Positions 1 to 11,262 of a DNA stretch of 64,000 bases are shown here, one piece after another (the stretch's first letter is position 1; every line of letters starts with the position of its first letter). The stretch comes from Hydractinia symbiolongicarpus (Eukaryota), in contig NC_079879.1 in NCBI RefSeq assembly GCF_029227915.1, positions 27,507,095 through 27,571,094 on the forward strand, written 5' to 3'. The translations under genes were made by a program, and so were the position numbers. The notes beneath the pieces were generated by a model. The model worked only from the letters and a program-made list of their open reading frames with translations, had not been told where the DNA came from and did not search any database.

Positions 1-3000
1 CCAAATTTTCTTAGAATCAACTTGCACGCCATCATATACATAACTGTAATAAAAGACAATTTCCAAATAACATCTTAAACATGTTGTGATCAATTGCATG
101 CTCTTACTATGGAATTTTCAATTTAAATATGTCACCTAAATCTAGCAATTAAAAGATTCATCAACAAAACAGCTGCTAGTAAAGTGTATCCAGCCATCAG
201 AATTTTAGCTACTGGTGCAACCACAGTTGAATAACTTGTGTTAAATACGGTTAAATTGGCTGGCGCTGAAGCAAAAAACAAACATTTTATAGTACTTTTG
301 CTGACACTGTTGCAAGCTAAAAACCTTTGGGTTAATTGAATCGTTTCATTATAATGAGAACGCAAAGAGAAAAGGTGATATTTACTGCGTCCTATTCTTA
401 CCATTAAGCCCTACTTCGTCCATAGCATCTGCATACATTTGTTTATATGGTACTGAGAAAATAGCTGTCGCAGCAGTAAAAGTTGAGTCGTTCATTGGAG
501 ATAAAATAGCAAATCGTGCAATGCCATATGCTAATAAAAATACCGCTAACACGAACACGAAATACAGCAAATCCGTGACCTATAAAACAGAGTATCATGA
601 GCAGCCTAAGGAAATGAAGCTTTGTAGTGTATAACGAAACAAGAACGTGGCTATCTACGGTGGCCACATTTTTTAAAGCGCATGTGCAGATCAAGTTAAA
701 CCCCCAAAACAAAGTTGTGGTTCTCCCTGCAACGCGAAAAGAAAAAATTCTTTGTCAATTTCACATTTTTGTTTCTCCTTTTTCAATTAGCCATATTTGT
801 TTTTGTTACGCCTCGTGTTGGTGGGAGAAATTCTGAAAAATAATTTGGCAGAAAGGATGACAAAAAGCAAACTAGAAAATAGCTTTTATTAAGAACAAAG
901 CAGATCTATAAACAACGAAAAAACCAACTAACCATTCTTCTGATCATTTCCACATACGGTCCTAATTCAGGACTAATTGCGAATACACTCAATAGCCTTA
1001 TAATCCAGAAAAAAATATCAACAGCGTACAACACGTGTGCTTCAATCAATTTGTCGGTGTACATTCGTAGAGCAAATGCGCCGATGAAAAGTGCTAAGGC
1101 AAAAACATCCAACATGTTCTCGAATGATGAAAAGTAATTTTTAAACTTTTGGTAGTATGTTCTTCCAACGGGAGCTTGGACAATCTAAGCAAAAAGAATT
1201 TCATAGCTAGGGTATTTATCATCACAAGCCAAAAAAAGTACTCAGGAATTTATACATTTGGTATGATTGAAAACAAGAAAGTTTTCAAAACATCCGATCC
1301 ATGACAGAAATGAGTTTTTCAGTATAGATGGTTTTTATATTTAGTACATATCGCTGTACAAATGATAATTTTTCGCTAATCGAGTCTCCCAAAAACAATT
1401 CTCAGGAATCTATTTTTGCGAACAAGTGCCCTGAACCTTAAATTTCACAAAATAGGCGAAATAAAAAAAAAATAAAAAAATTAAATTAAATAAAATTAAA
1501 ATAAAACAAAAATTGTGAAAATATCTTTCTGAACGCTCACCTGTCGAAATTCTTCAATGATGAAGGCTAGAATGTAGAAAGCAACAATCCATTCCGGAAC
1601 TGCAACTTTATCTTTCAACTGATGTGTCACGACAAAGGCGAAGAATCCCACAAACAAGAAGTAGGAAAGCTAAAAAATATTGAAAACACATAATCGTGTT
1701 TAAACAATTTTAAAGGAGGTTCCAAAATCCCTCTCTCCTTTCCGACCTCGGCTTAAAAACGGAGATTTATTGATATTGAAAAATACTCTATAGCTGCATA
1801 TAAGGAAAGAACCAACTCCTCGACCTGTTTTAACATTGGCAAACTAACTACCGGCAAGCTAACTACTGGCCACCTACCACGTTAGAGGCGCATTTTGTTA
1901 TCGGAGCATCATAAAAATATTTTCCCTTGTAATAGATCTCTTTGACTGTTTCTTTTATGCTCTCGGATCGTGTTTTTTCTTCTTTCACGGAACTATAACA
2001 AAAACTATTTGTAGTCTCTGCAAAAAAGGAAATAATTTTCGCGAATTTCACGTTTTGTCAATATCGCAAAAATTATTAGAAAACTTGCTATTCGAGAAAG
2101 TCGGGTAAGTTGATTGATTTACACGATTTACCACAGAAAACGAGAATCAGACAGTTTGGTGCTTTGCAGAGATGGTAGTTTCCTATGTAAAGGAAGAAAT
2201 TCATAGTTACCCCTTGAGATGAGAATGAAGTTGATTGGATTCGTATTCTAACGTGGTTTTTCCTTCTACTTTCTCCATTTCTCGAGTTTTGTATTGTAGA
2301 AAGAGAAAGCAGGGTGGTAGGAGGCATAAAAAGACCTAAAAAGTTATTATGTGTAATTAATAATTTAAAATAGTGTGCTCTAAAACAATTCTATACAGGA
2401 CAGTGAACAAACGAGACCTTGAGTCCATGAATAAACCAGGAATCTCCTTTGGTTACAATTCTCCCGCACCACCAGTGTTCGGTCAACATTAATTGACACG
2501 TGTCATGTGATACAAAATCAATATGGCGGGTCGATGCAGCTAATGCAAGACATGACTTAAATCCAAAGTGTTCTGGCTCTTGACATAACAATCTTCTAGT
2601 AAAAAACTGTTGTTGTTTCGTACACTCATCCAACATGTCCAATGCAAGGTTTCCAAAATATCTGCAAACATTAAACATAGAAATACATGATTTATAACAA
2701 AATAGCTGTTTGCAATGTAATACAACTCTTCCAAATTCAATATTTTTAACACACACATATATATGATTTGGACTAGTTGATCTTGTGCTTTTTTAATTGC
2801 CTATAAATCGACCCAAAAAAATGAAAAGAAAAGACGGAGAAAATATACATTGACCGAACGTTGCAACAGTAACTGCTATGGTTACTACTTTGTTATTACG
2901 ATAAACTATTTGTGGTATAATAGCAAGATATTAAAATGTAAGTCAATGAAAATGAAACACAAGGTTCTAAACATCGACAATTAGCTATGTTGTAAAAAAT

Positions 3001-6000
3001 GCCAATCGTAAACATTCGGGCTTTTCTTGTTATAAAAACAAGTAAAATAAAGCCGATCAATAGCTTGTCAATTTTAGTCATGTATTAAAGATTAAATCTA
3101 ATTTAGAAAGTAGAATAATGCAAAAAAAGTTAGAGAAAAAAAAACTTCGGCGAAAAGTATTTTTATTATTTCAATCACCCTTGTCAGTTTATTTTATTAA
3201 TTTTCTTTTAGTAAAATATTTAAATGTCGCAGCGGATTGAAAAATAGTAGTAGTAGGGATTCAGTCGAAGTGGAGAAGTTACAGCAAACGACAGTCAAAT
3301 CCCCACTTTACACACACTCCTCAACTACCCCTGAAAGACCTGTGATGTCAGTAACATTAATTTTCATAAATTATCAAAACTGCTGACATTAGCAAAAGCG
3401 TCACGTGACCCATACCGCGTATGTATAAATGTTTCATTAGAGAAGGGGATACCTGACGATCAAATCCATCAGCATATGCATGAGTACCTGAAAGCAACAG
3501 GGCGAAACCGAATTTCCGGCAGACGTTCTACAGTAAGATGATCAAGGATGTCCCAAGGTATGCGACACAACCTTTAGTAGAGATCAAAAAAGTTTGATCA
3601 AGCAATGCGACCTCCGTACCTTGCCTAGACGATCTCGCCAAATCGGCAATTCGCCAATTTGTATATGTTGAAATTCTACTCAAAGGTTTGAGATGTCGTA
3701 CACTGTGAACGTCTTGAGGAGTACGAAAAGACGAGACAAAATGGCTGTGACTGATGAGTACTTGTACAGGTCTGTTTAAACTATAATTCATAGGCTGACT
3801 GCAAAGTACTATTTTGTAGAAGGTAAAGATGGCACCAAGTCCTCCTTCTAAAGAATGTCTGAGAAACAGAAAACTATGAGTTACTGGTGGTATATGAAAC
3901 CTGTGAAAGGGAGAACGCAGGCTTAAGTGTACACGAACAAGGGATGGTAACTTACAAGCAAAGCAAACTACGTCCATCGGCGTTCCACGACAAAAGCCGC
4001 ATTTTACATGATGGTATACACAAAGCACCATTGAGTTGTAACGTGTCCAACGGAATTTTTGTATGCCTTAGAGGCATACAAAACACATGGAATCGAAACA
4101 ATGCATGCTGTGTATATGTTGTGTTACTTGCGGAATACCCATCATTAAATGGCATGGGTACTTTCATTTTTCCAAGTTTTTGTCACATATGGTAGTGGAA
4201 ATGGAATTAAAGAATACTGTTGTTGAGTGGAAGGGATTTTGTCATATGCTTGACAAAGAAACCTACCTAATGCTGTAGTAGAAAAATTTTCTGTAAGGTT
4301 GACCTGAGTTTGCTAAAATTCTAGTGTCTTCCCAGCTTACCATACATCTCGTACAGGATCATTTAGTAGTTGTGCATGTCATAAGTTCTTATACACAACC
4401 TCCTCGCAAATTCCTTGGTCTACGAACGAGGGTCCCTTCTCAACAACCTTTTGCACTCCTTCTTTCAGTAATCATCGGTATCCAGATTCTGCAATACAGT
4501 CATTGCTTTTGGTGGAAACTTTCCCCTTCTCTACTCAAACATATTTGCGCATACGCGGTATGAATCACGCGACGTTTTTGCCGATGTCAGCAATTTTGAT
4601 AATTACGATAATTTATGTTGATGACGTTACAGGTTTTTGTGGGGTAGCGTCGCGGGGTGGTTGTACTGGGGATTTGACCGGCGTGTAGTGTAACTCCACT
4701 TTGACTGACACCCTACTACTACTAAAATTCGAAGCAAGAAAGTAAATAAACAAAAAACAAGAATTTCTTTTATTGGAAAATTTACAAATCATCCAATTTT
4801 AGGTATTATTATTATCTGATGACAACAACAACAAAAACCTACTCTTCATTTGACGTGAGGCGATTGATCAGCCATTTTTCTTCTGTATTTTTGTTATTCA
4901 GATAGTAATCTTTCATGCTACCATACAACTTATATGCCAGCAAAATCTTTGGTAATGCATGACCTCCATAAAATAAGAACAACACAATAACCCACTGCAT
5001 GTTGGAGAGTATGGCGTAGAAGAAAAGCTGCATGAAAACGTCATCTTCGAAATCCTACAAAATTATTACAATGTGTGGTCAGCAAATATTGTTTCTTCGG
5101 GACTGTTTACAGAGAGAAGGGACGGGACATTTGCCTAGATCCTGCTCCATTTAATAATTATACTAAAAATCAATTTGTTCGTCCAAACGTGATCCACTTT
5201 CAGGCGGGACGGATTTTTCATAGAAACACACCGTCCTGAGAGAAACGAGATAATTTATGCACATTTTAATTCACAGAAAAAATATTGCAACAAAACGTTT
5301 TTCTATATAAAGGCAAGACGAAATCATCCTGTCTAATGCCCTGTCCAGGTAATCGTGCACTCCCGCCTCTGATGTAAACACACCCTTAATATGTTACAAG
5401 TTAGAAAATTTTCCTAAATTTAAATATACCTCATTATTTATATCTCCAAAATCTTTTAACATATCTAAAAAGTCCTTTCGCATGTCTTCCAGTGTCAGCT
5501 AAGAAAATGAAAGTTGTTTACAATTTAAACAGTGCTTTACCAGTAGAGATCTATTAAAGTGTTAAAATAATTTCTTCACCTCATTTTTATCAGTCAACAA
5601 ATGAAGAATGTTGATCTTTTTTTTCTTTAATTTCTAAAAAAAAAACCTATTAAAACATTGAGAACAAAATTCGGAAAAAAATGGGTAAAAATACTTGTCA
5701 AATGAAAATATACAAAGCAAAATTGGCTTAATGAAAGAGAACTACTTTGTTCATCACTAACATACTGCCTGGCAGTGAGCGGGATACGATCCGCGGTCCC
5801 CATAACTGGGAGCCACAGACGAACCCACTACACTACGTGCGGCAATATGTTAGTGATGAACTCAGATAGTTTATCCGGATGGTGTGTATACATAGGTGAA
5901 TATTTATCATAGCACATCCGTATTTCATTCTCAACAGAGAATGCTATCTAACTATCTGATCTGATCGGGGTGAAGCATTCTCTGTTGAGAATGAAATACG

Positions 6001-9000
6001 GATGTGCTATGATAAATATTCACCTATACAAAATTGGCTTGTATTGAAAAATTTAGAGCATTGCAAATGTTTTACTTTCCTGAATAAAATTTTTCATCAT
6101 AATTTTATAGTTTTTATCTGAAATTAAAACTCATGCCACGGGGACAACTTTTTTAGTGGTTGCAAATGTAGCCTTTTAACAAATAAAAGAAAAAGAAAAA
6201 CCAGTAACAAAGAATATGTTACTGGTAAGAAAACAACTTATGTTTTCGTACCACCACTTTCAGCAACAATTCTGGGTCAACATATTTGTATACAGCCAAT
6301 AGGAATGTATAAATTATACCTAATGCTTTCCTTGTTGTGATGTCATGCAAGCTGTTGCATAGATGTGTCGTGGACACGATAAATATTTTGAACAATTTAA
6401 TTTTGCTACTATCGCCCGAAAATATTGTTTGGTGCTCTGTAGCTACATACTCAGGATGAGGAGAATGTTTACCAAGAAAAATTGAGGTATATAAAAATGC
6501 AATTAGTTTGTGTAGCTTCAGTAAAGACACTGCACTTTAACTTCGAGTTGGTTAGACTGATGAAGAAGCAATGTGTGTCATTGTTTAATGGTCCTCAAGT
6601 CTGTGTTTTGTTGTCAAATTATCTTAAAACACACATTTTTCATTTTCATGGTTGCTTATATATAGCAATATTCAAGGACTCATATATACCATATGATAAC
6701 ATTATGTGTGAATGATATATATGATGTGTGAAAGATATATAGTATATATGATATATAGTATATATGATATATAGTATATATGATATATAGTATATATGTC
6801 GGCTTAGCTCAATTATCAACAGTTCATTATGATATTTATCCACACGGTGATTGTTTTCAAAATACGCTCAACGAAATAATGGTATGTGGTCAACGAAATT
6901 TTTAACCCATCAAAGCGAATCTGGTCTGTGTTTTACAGGCATTACCTGCAAGTTAGTTGCTTGGAACACACAGGAATCCCGACGCTTAATCTTTTTGAAT
7001 TCGATATCTGAGAAGTAAATGGTAAGATAACTAAAAATATCCCTCTGTTAACGTTGATTGGAAAATGTCAGAATGAAATTGCGAGTCTATAGAAAAAGAG
7101 TTTTGCCGCCAGAAACACACACACTATGCTTGTATTTTTAAGACTCAATTTTTCTACCGTATCCTTTTTGTAAATAAATTTGGAGTAAAAAGTGTATAGT
7201 TTTACAGGATAACTGTATTTTCAATTTTCTGGTTGATAACGCCTTTTTTACGAAATATATTATCTCGAACACTAAACTTAATAAAGGGATAAAAAAAGAC
7301 AGACACATCCAATCAGTTAAACCGTAGTCATGATTAACCGTCCCTCTGGGTCTATTCCGTGAAAACAAAAAATGCAATTAAGACCACAGAAAATATTTTT
7401 GATTTGAACGGGGTGGTTTTAAACTAATGTAATGGAATTGGTATAAAAGTTTGCTTTGTATTAGCCATAATTTCTGAGTTCCTGAATTTAAGAATTTAAG
7501 GGAGGTTGATTTAAGGTTTTGAAAAAAATAAATTTTGACCAATTAAAAGGCTGTGCACATCTTAAAAAAATTCAAGAGAAATTAAAAATGTTGGTTAAGC
7601 TCTACCAAACACATTTTGATCGCACACCCGATTTAAATACTCGGCATCATATGCCGCTGTGACGCAATTAATTTATGCTCCGTATTCACTACAGGACACT
7701 GCAATTTTTTTCCTACTATGATTGGAATAAAAATACAGGCTGCTTCCTTGTTTTGAATTTCTATTCCAAGTTAACAAGACATTCAAAAGTCTCGCTACCT
7801 GTTCTCAGAATAAAAGGCATTGGAATCACAAAAACATCCAAGAATTGCGTGGCTTGCTGGCTAGCTAGTTACTTTCACTTTTAACCTACTAGCTAGCTAG
7901 CCAGGTTAATATGAAAACAAATCTCCTGGTTTATCCTAGGTAAAACTCAAAATGCATATATTAAAGCTTTGTAGAGGTGATAAGTATTCCACTTAAATTA
8001 AAAAAAAAATGTGTATGCAAAAACAAAACACAATCCTTAAATAATGTTGTATTCCGCGATGTGATAACAGGAGATTGGAAAAAGCCGAGTAAACGAAATT
8101 TTGATTATAGCGCATAACATAGCTCCGATCTTAGATCTCGGACTATTATATTGTCAACGAGATCTTACCATATACCGTAAACATTCAGTTACATCATGTA
8201 TATATGGTTAGTTACATCATGTATATATGGTCAGTTACATCACTGATCATATATATGATAAGTTACATGTCATATATATGGTGTTATATTATATATATCG
8301 ACATAAATAGTGCATATAAGAGTAATTGAATATTTTTAAATATGAGATATGAGCAACCATAGAAATACTTGTGTGTAGTTCTACGAAATGTTTTATGCAA
8401 ATTTTAAATTCGCAACAACAAAATCTTATCTTTAAAAAATTAATTTAATGCACCGTTAAACATTATTTGTTTCAACATCTGATAGTGTGACTCTGGCTGT
8501 TTTTTTATCTGGCTGTACAAACCAATGCGACTTACACTTTGATACAACCATAACAATGTTTCCTTAGTAATGACACCATTTAAATTTCCATCGTAAAAAT
8601 CCATTGTGTACTCCATCAATACACGAGCTTCTTCATGACGAGAGATCGAGATAGCATGAACCATGTTTTGGATAATTATGTCTATCTGTAATCCAAAAAA
8701 AAGGCTTATAAATGCTTTTAAGAAAAAGGAAATATAAAAAACTATATATAGAATAACCATACATTCTTTTCGTCCGATTTCTTCTTCTTTAAGTTCTCAT
8801 CAAATTTCTTCAGCAGAAATTCCACATTGTCGTAGCAACCCCAGTGAATGGCCAACTTCAACTGATTTGAAATACTATTTAACTTTTCTTCCTCTGTTTT
8901 TAGCACTGTCTCAGCTTTGTATACTAAGATGAACAACAAAAAAAACCAAAGAATTAGCAACGTTAGACTATAAAAACAAATCTATATACAGTTTTAATAT

Positions 9001-11262
9001 TTTCAGCCTAAATAATCTCTTTACTGAATTGCTGAATGCTTGCACCCAGCAGAGCTCTCACTAATAGAAGTGGTTCAAGAACTAAGACTTTCTTATTATT
9101 CAATCTAAATAATTTGTGACAATAAGATACGGTTATAAAGAACCATCGCACATACGTACATAACTACAGCAAAATATTTAAAAGAACTTTAAATATTGGA
9201 AACTCTCCGAACAGAATTCTATTTATATTTATAAATAGAATTTATAATGATACCTTGGAGAAAAGCATTCAATATCATTTCATCTAAATGATCTTCTTCA
9301 CCTAGAATGCTCAAAGTGATCTAAAAAAACAGGTTATTGAAGAAATGAAAGCCCAGAGATAAGAAGTGTATGTCCAAAAAAGTAGCCAGCCACTGAAGAG
9401 ACATTGTTGAACATACCACATAAAATAATTCCCACTTACATAAGTTTTGTATCGCATGCATTCCATGATAGTGTCATAACAAGTGATTGTTTTTGCCATT
9501 GACAAATCGGGAAATGTTTTTCCAATTAATTCAATTAATTTTTGGTGCTGTTGTAAATCTCTTAAATTGCAATTTTCTAACGGTTTCAAATCATAAGCAA
9601 AAATTAGCAATTCAGCAGCAAAACCAGTTCTCTTGAAGATTATCAATGACATTTTATTTTCAACTGTTTCTTTCACTTGGTTTATAATTTCTAGACCACC
9701 ACCTATAACTAATGCCACTCCGACATGCTTTCTCATGTTGCCTGAAAAAAAGAAATCCATTTTACTTTGAGGTTAATGAATTAATTTCTGTAAATTGCTA
9801 ATAATATATGCAGGTACATAGTACATATGCTAATGTGGGTTTATAGGTTTAATTTCTATAAAAAATTGTGGGAACTAGCTTATGTTTGCATTGTTAGAAG
9901 AAGGACACTTAAACTACAAATGTGCTCATACTTACAACCCAGGAAAAATATACCTAGACTTTCATTGTGAGATCTTCCTTCCTCGTTAAGGGAAATTGGG
10001 AAGATGCATAGTTGATGCTAACAAAATTACTTCAGGTATCTTAGAAGTATGGAATATTTACCTGCTTAGCGGAGGAGAGGAACCGTGAAAAGAGATTTCA
10101 AGATCACGAAAAGGCTAACTTAACACATTTTCCCAAATATATTATTCAGGGTTGTAATGGTAACAAGCAATCAATTTCGCACCTTTTCTTCCTGGTACTC
10201 CATATTCTAGAATATACTTTTCCAAGGATGTTTTAAACTTGATCTCGGTATGAAATTGATCTTTAGAACCGTCGTCTATGAGTAGAAAGTAGCTGTGATT
10301 TTGATCCAGGAATTTCTGTTTAGGAAGTTTCACATTCAGCTTTACATGGTTAATTCCATTAGGTTTGACAAGATCCGATGATTTAGGTAAGATTCCCCAC
10401 GGTAAAATTCCAATACAGCGCACACTTCTTTCCCTGTCGTAAACTGGCGTGGTGCTATCCATTTGAGTTTTGTTTCTTAACGCCAGGCCAACAATTTTGG
10501 TAATTCCAGCATTTTTTCCGTCGGTTAACACCAACGCACTAGTCATTCTTGCCACCTAATGAATAGAAAAGAGGACAGTTCGAAAACCTTTGTATACTTG
10601 GTAAAAGTGATGATCCAATAGCAATATAGTCATTATAAGGAACAAGTATACAAACGAGATTCGACAAAACGTTTTGTATATAAATACTAAATATATACGA
10701 AAATCTTTACCTTTATTAATCCCTTTTTAAATTGTTTTTCAAATTCCTTATCTTTAGTATATTCTGTTGGTGAACCAAGGACTGATATCAGAAGTTGTGA
10801 CTTGTCTCCAAATTGCCAATGAGTTTGCATATATTTAGTGACATCAGCTGGATCTGTGCGATCTGACAATCTGACATACTGCATGTAAGGATATTATTAT
10901 TTCTTCACGACAATTAAAAATGCAATAGGACAGGGGATGGATAAAATGTCAGCATTGTGCTAACTTCCTAACGATAAAACATTCGCTGCAAAAATGAAAT
11001 CTGTCATTGTTATAGTGTATTATTTACAGCATCAACTTACATTAGCTCGAGTATTTTTTTTGAATCCAACAAACGTGATGTCTCCATATGCGTCCGTGTC
11101 TTGTTCGATGTTTTCAGGGCTGCAACATTCTTTCCCATCTGTTTTTTCAGCTAGATGGTCTGGATGGCATGTGCAACTAAATAATGGAGAACAGGACTTT
11201 AAAATGGGGTATATAGAGGTGAGTTGCATCGTTTTCCGACTTTTGTTGGAATTGAAAAGCAC
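1..11262 (-). CDS. TRPM-family (melastatin-type TRP) cation channel gene, multi-exon and partial. The N-terminal MHR/SLOG region is at the high-coordinate end and TM S1-S6 at the low end; the C-terminus lies beyond position 1.
   Basis: Minus-strand exon translations match TRPM hallmarks in order: 'TDAYGDITFVGF' (N-terminal motif), 'YVRLSDRTDPADV..LLISVLG', SLOG segment 'VALVIGGGLEIINQ', MHR4 'LFFYAILSNMQWVIVLFLFYGG..ILLAYKLY', pre-S1 'YFGNLALDMLDE..CLALAASTRHIDFVSHDTCQLMLTEHWW', S1-S2 'LSYFLFVGFFAFVV..PEWIVAFYILAFIIEEFRQ', S3-S4 'MLDVFALALFIGAFALR..DIFFWIIRLLSVFAI..LGPYVEMIRRM', S5/pore 'DLLYFVFVLAVFLLAYGIARFAIL..SVPYKQMYADAMDEV', S6 'VAKILMAGYTLLAAVLLMNLLIA'. Exons are separated by GT..AG introns. 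Confidence 0.85.
136..265 (-). CDS. TRPM exon encoding the S6 helix (..APANLTVFNTSYSTVVAPVAKILMAGYTLLAAVLLMNLLIARF)
   Basis: Acceptor ttttttgcttcag lies upstream on the minus strand and donor gtgaca follows. The exon enters in phase 1, matching the upstream exon, and carries the conserved NLLIA S6 motif. Confidence 0.7.
402..579 (-). CDS. TRPM exon encoding S5 and the pore loop (VTDLLYFVFVLAVFLLAYGIARFAILSP..FSVPYKQMYADAMDEVGLN)
   Basis: Acceptor ttttatag and donor gtaaga, 178 nt, leaving phase 1. 'LYFVxxxL' and the pore-loop acidic cluster resemble TRPM S5-pore. Confidence 0.75.
933..1184 (-). CDS. TRPM exon encoding S2-S3 linker, S3 and S4 (IVQAPVGRTYYQKFKNYFSSFENMLDVFALALFIGAFALR..VDIFFWIIRLLSVFAISPELGPYVEMIRRM)
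   Basis: Acceptor tttttgcttag and donor gttagt, 252 nt in phase 0. It matches the TRPM S3-S4 consensus 'LDFxAxLLFIxGFxLR..DIIFWYVRLLDIF..LGPYVMMIGKM'. Confidence 0.8.
1541..1669 (-). CDS. TRPM exon encoding S1-S2 (LSYFLFVGFFAFVVTHQLKDKVAVPEWIVAFYILAFIIEEFRQ)
   Basis: Acceptor ttttttag and donor gtgagc, 129 nt. It matches TRPM 'LSYLGFLMLYTFVVL..EWIVIAYIFT..IEKxRE'. Confidence 0.8.
2397..2661 (-). CDS. TRPM exon of the pre-S1 region ((R)YFGNLALDMLDECTKQQQFFTRRLLCQEPEHFGFKSCLALAASTRHIDFVSHDTCQLMLTEHWWCGRIVTKGDSWFIHGLKVSFVHCP)
   Basis: Acceptor tgtttgcag and donor gtatag. It aligns with TRPM '[44 protein letters not shown]..FFCPP'. Confidence 0.75.
4845..5030 (-). CDS. TRPM exon of the MHR4 region (..LFFYAILSNMQWVIVLFLFYGGHALPKILLAYKLYGSMKDY..). 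Boundaries are approximate and taken from the ORF limits.
   Basis: It resembles TRPM '[38 protein letters not shown]'. Splice sites were not traced. Confidence 0.5.
5761..5835 (-). ncRNA. tRNA-like sequence: a tRNA pseudogene or the tRNA-derived head of a SINE
   Basis: The reverse complement reads '..GTAGTGTAGTGGGTTCGTCTGTGGCTCCCAGTTATGGGGACCGCGGATCGTATCCCGCTCAC..', with an A-box-like TAGTGTAGTGG and a B-box-like GGATCGTATCC. The cloverleaf could not be folded cleanly by eye. Confidence 0.3.
5880..6032. repeat. Near-perfect inverted repeat with ~55-bp arms (hairpin or MITE-like), directly downstream of the tRNA-like segment
   Basis: 5882-5936 'ataggtgaatatttatcatagcacatccgtatttcattctcaacagagaatgc' is the reverse complement of 5974-6030 'gcattctctgttgagaatgaaatacggatgtgctatgataaatattcacctata'. 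Confidence 0.8.
6712..6800. repeat. Minisatellite (gatatatagtatatat)n, about 5 units
   Basis: Direct tandem repetition is visible in the sequence. Confidence 0.85.
8186..8292. repeat. Tandem repeat of a ~23-bp unit (gttacatcatgtatatatggtya)
   Basis: About 4 degenerate tandem copies are visible. Confidence 0.75.
8450..8700 (-). CDS. TRPM exon of the N-terminal MHR region (..DIIIQNMVHAISISRHEEARVLMEYTMDFYDGNLNGVITKETLLWLYQ..). Boundaries are approximate.
   Basis: ORF 8440..8760 (-). It resembles TRPM '[29 protein letters not shown]..LTxLF'. Confidence 0.45.
8745..8900 (-). CDS. TRPM exon of the N-terminal MHR region (..LNSISNQLKLAIHWGCYDNVEFLLKKFDE..). Boundaries are approximate.
   Basis: ORF 8742..8960 (-). 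It resembles TRPM '[21 protein letters not shown]'. Confidence 0.45.
9440..9741 (-). CDS. TRPM exon of the SLOG/MHR domain ((G)NMRKHVGVALVIGGGLEIINQVKETVENKMSLIIFKRTGFAAELLIFAYDLKPLENCNLRDLQQHQKLIELIGKTFPDLSMAKTITCYDTIMECMRYKTY)
   Basis: Acceptor tttttttcag in phase 1, which completes Gly with the upstream exon, and donor gtaagt. The 'GGG' glycine-rich SLOG signature is present. Confidence 0.75.
10183..10555 (-). CDS. TRPM N-terminal exon (VARMTSALVLTDGKNAGITKIVGLALRNKTQMDSTTPVYDRERSVRCIGILPWGILPKSSDLVKPNGINHVKLNVKLPKQKFLDQNHSYFLLIDDGSKDQFHTEIKFKTSLEKYILEYGVPGRK)
   Basis: Acceptor ttcattag and donor gtgcga, leaving phase 1. It aligns with TRPM 'IGIAxWGxVxNRDxL..NHSHFxLVDDG..LRxxLEKxIS'. Confidence 0.75.
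10711..10878 (-). CDS. TRPM N-terminal exon (YVRLSDRTDPADVTKYMQTHWQFGDKSQLLISVLGSPTEYTKDKEFEKQFKKGLIK)
   Basis: Acceptor ttacatgcag and donor gtaaag, 168 nt in phase 0. It matches TRPM 'KYxRLSxDTD..LxxxWxLxxPNLxISVxGG..KxxFxxGLIK'. Confidence 0.75.
11031..11215 (-). CDS. TRPM N-terminal exon (..SCTCHPDHLAEKTDGKECCSPENIEQDTDAYGDITFVGFKKNTRAN). The 5' boundary is approximate and the initiator-Met exon was not located.
   Basis: Donor gtaagt lies immediately after codon N at 11031. 'TDAYGxIxFxG' is the conserved TRPM N-terminal motif. Confidence 0.55.

Noticed and set aside
3528-4031. Long minus-strand ORF (167 aa) inside the TRPM locus
   Set aside because: There is no convincing similarity to TRPM or any other family. 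It is likely intronic open frame, given the AT-rich, low-stop context.
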